From Bryobacterales bacterium (GTDB lineage: Bacteria; Acidobacteriota; Terriglobia; Bryobacterales; UBA6623), in NCBI GenBank assembly GCA_965204095.1, contig OZ241991.1:2640290-2704289 (forward strand): DNA of 64,000 nt, in the 5' to 3' direction. How positions within the stretch are numbered: position 1 is the first letter of the stretch; each line of letters opens with the position of its first letter. Below are positions 63,694 to 64,000 of this stretch, one piece after another. Position numbers and translations under genes: made by a program. The notes under the pieces were generated by a model. That model saw nothing but the letters and a program-made list of their open reading frames with translations. It had not been told where the DNA came from and did no database searches.

Positions 63694-64000
63694 GTGACTA
63701 TTTCGCGGCGTGAGATCCTTGGGTCTGCCGCCGGTGCTTTGGCGGCCGCTGGAGCCTGCGGCACACGTCCGGACGTTGCAGAGAAGTCGTTTCCTCGTCA
63801 GCATGACCCGCTTGTCCATGACTTGCTGCAGATGCCCGATGCGCAGCTTGCCAAGCTCGAGCAGGGCCGCCAACACGGTCTGATCGAGTTGGCGCCGGTA
63901 AGTCTGCCACCGAATCCCGAGTCGGTTTACAACCACCGAGGTTGGCCTGTCGGGACGATGGTGGACGACACCTTGCTCGTCGTGCACCGGCACATTCCCG
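63694..64000 (+). CDS. Partial CDS (5' end) of a Tat/lipoprotein-signal protein, running off the window
   Basis: GTG at 63694, VTISRREILGSAAGALAAAGAC... and open to the window end. Not in the ORF track because it has no stop. Preferred over the minus-strand ORF 63679..63993. Confidence 0.5.
   Translation, partial: MTISRREILGSAAGALAAAGACGTRPDVAEKSFPRQHDPLVHDLLQMPDAQLAKLEQGRQHGLIELAPVSLPPNPESVYNHRGWPVGTMVDDTLLVVHRHIP

Noticed and set aside
63679-63993. 104-aa minus-strand ORF at the window end
   Set aside because: The opposite strand carries an open frame with a clean Tat/lipoprotein signal starting at 63694, which I preferred.

Overview
High-GC bacterial chromosomal window. The PSCyt/PSD1, PQQ and Tat-exported gene content suggests Acidobacteriota or Planctomycetota, but I cannot name the organism from sequence alone. 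It holds about 45 protein-coding genes, mostly housekeeping: lysC-dapB-dapA-dapD, rpoD, bioB-bioF-bioD-bioA, nadE, hom, aroD/E-trpE and murB. There are also three PQQ dehydrogenases, two of them paired with paralogous di-haem cytochromes c, and a four-gene secreted operon of cytochrome-c/WD40, PPC-domain and PSCyt2/PSD1 proteins. I recognised no rRNA, tRNA or CRISPR array. The most unusual content is non-coding. A modular, hairpin-forming interspersed repeat of about 177 bp (long variants to about 270 bp; terminal inverted repeat CCTGCATTTCTCACCAC...GTGGTGAGAAATGCAGG) occurs at least 13 times, always in the same orientation. Copies are mostly flanked by TA, and six gene stop codons directly abut an element end. 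Long variants carry CACGARW heptad tracts, and a 1.47-kb mosaic of related modules and short tandem repeats opens the window. One copy is split by an endonuclease-less, IIC-like group II intron inserted right after the element's internal GC hairpin plus U-run. A low-GC islet at about 58.06-61.72 kb carries a DUF262/DUF1524 (GmrSD-like) nuclease gene bracketed by 42-bp direct repeats. The islet also holds two tyrosine-recombinase remnants and a guanine-deaminase-like gene. All functional calls rest on motifs read from the ORF-track translations; no database search was possible.
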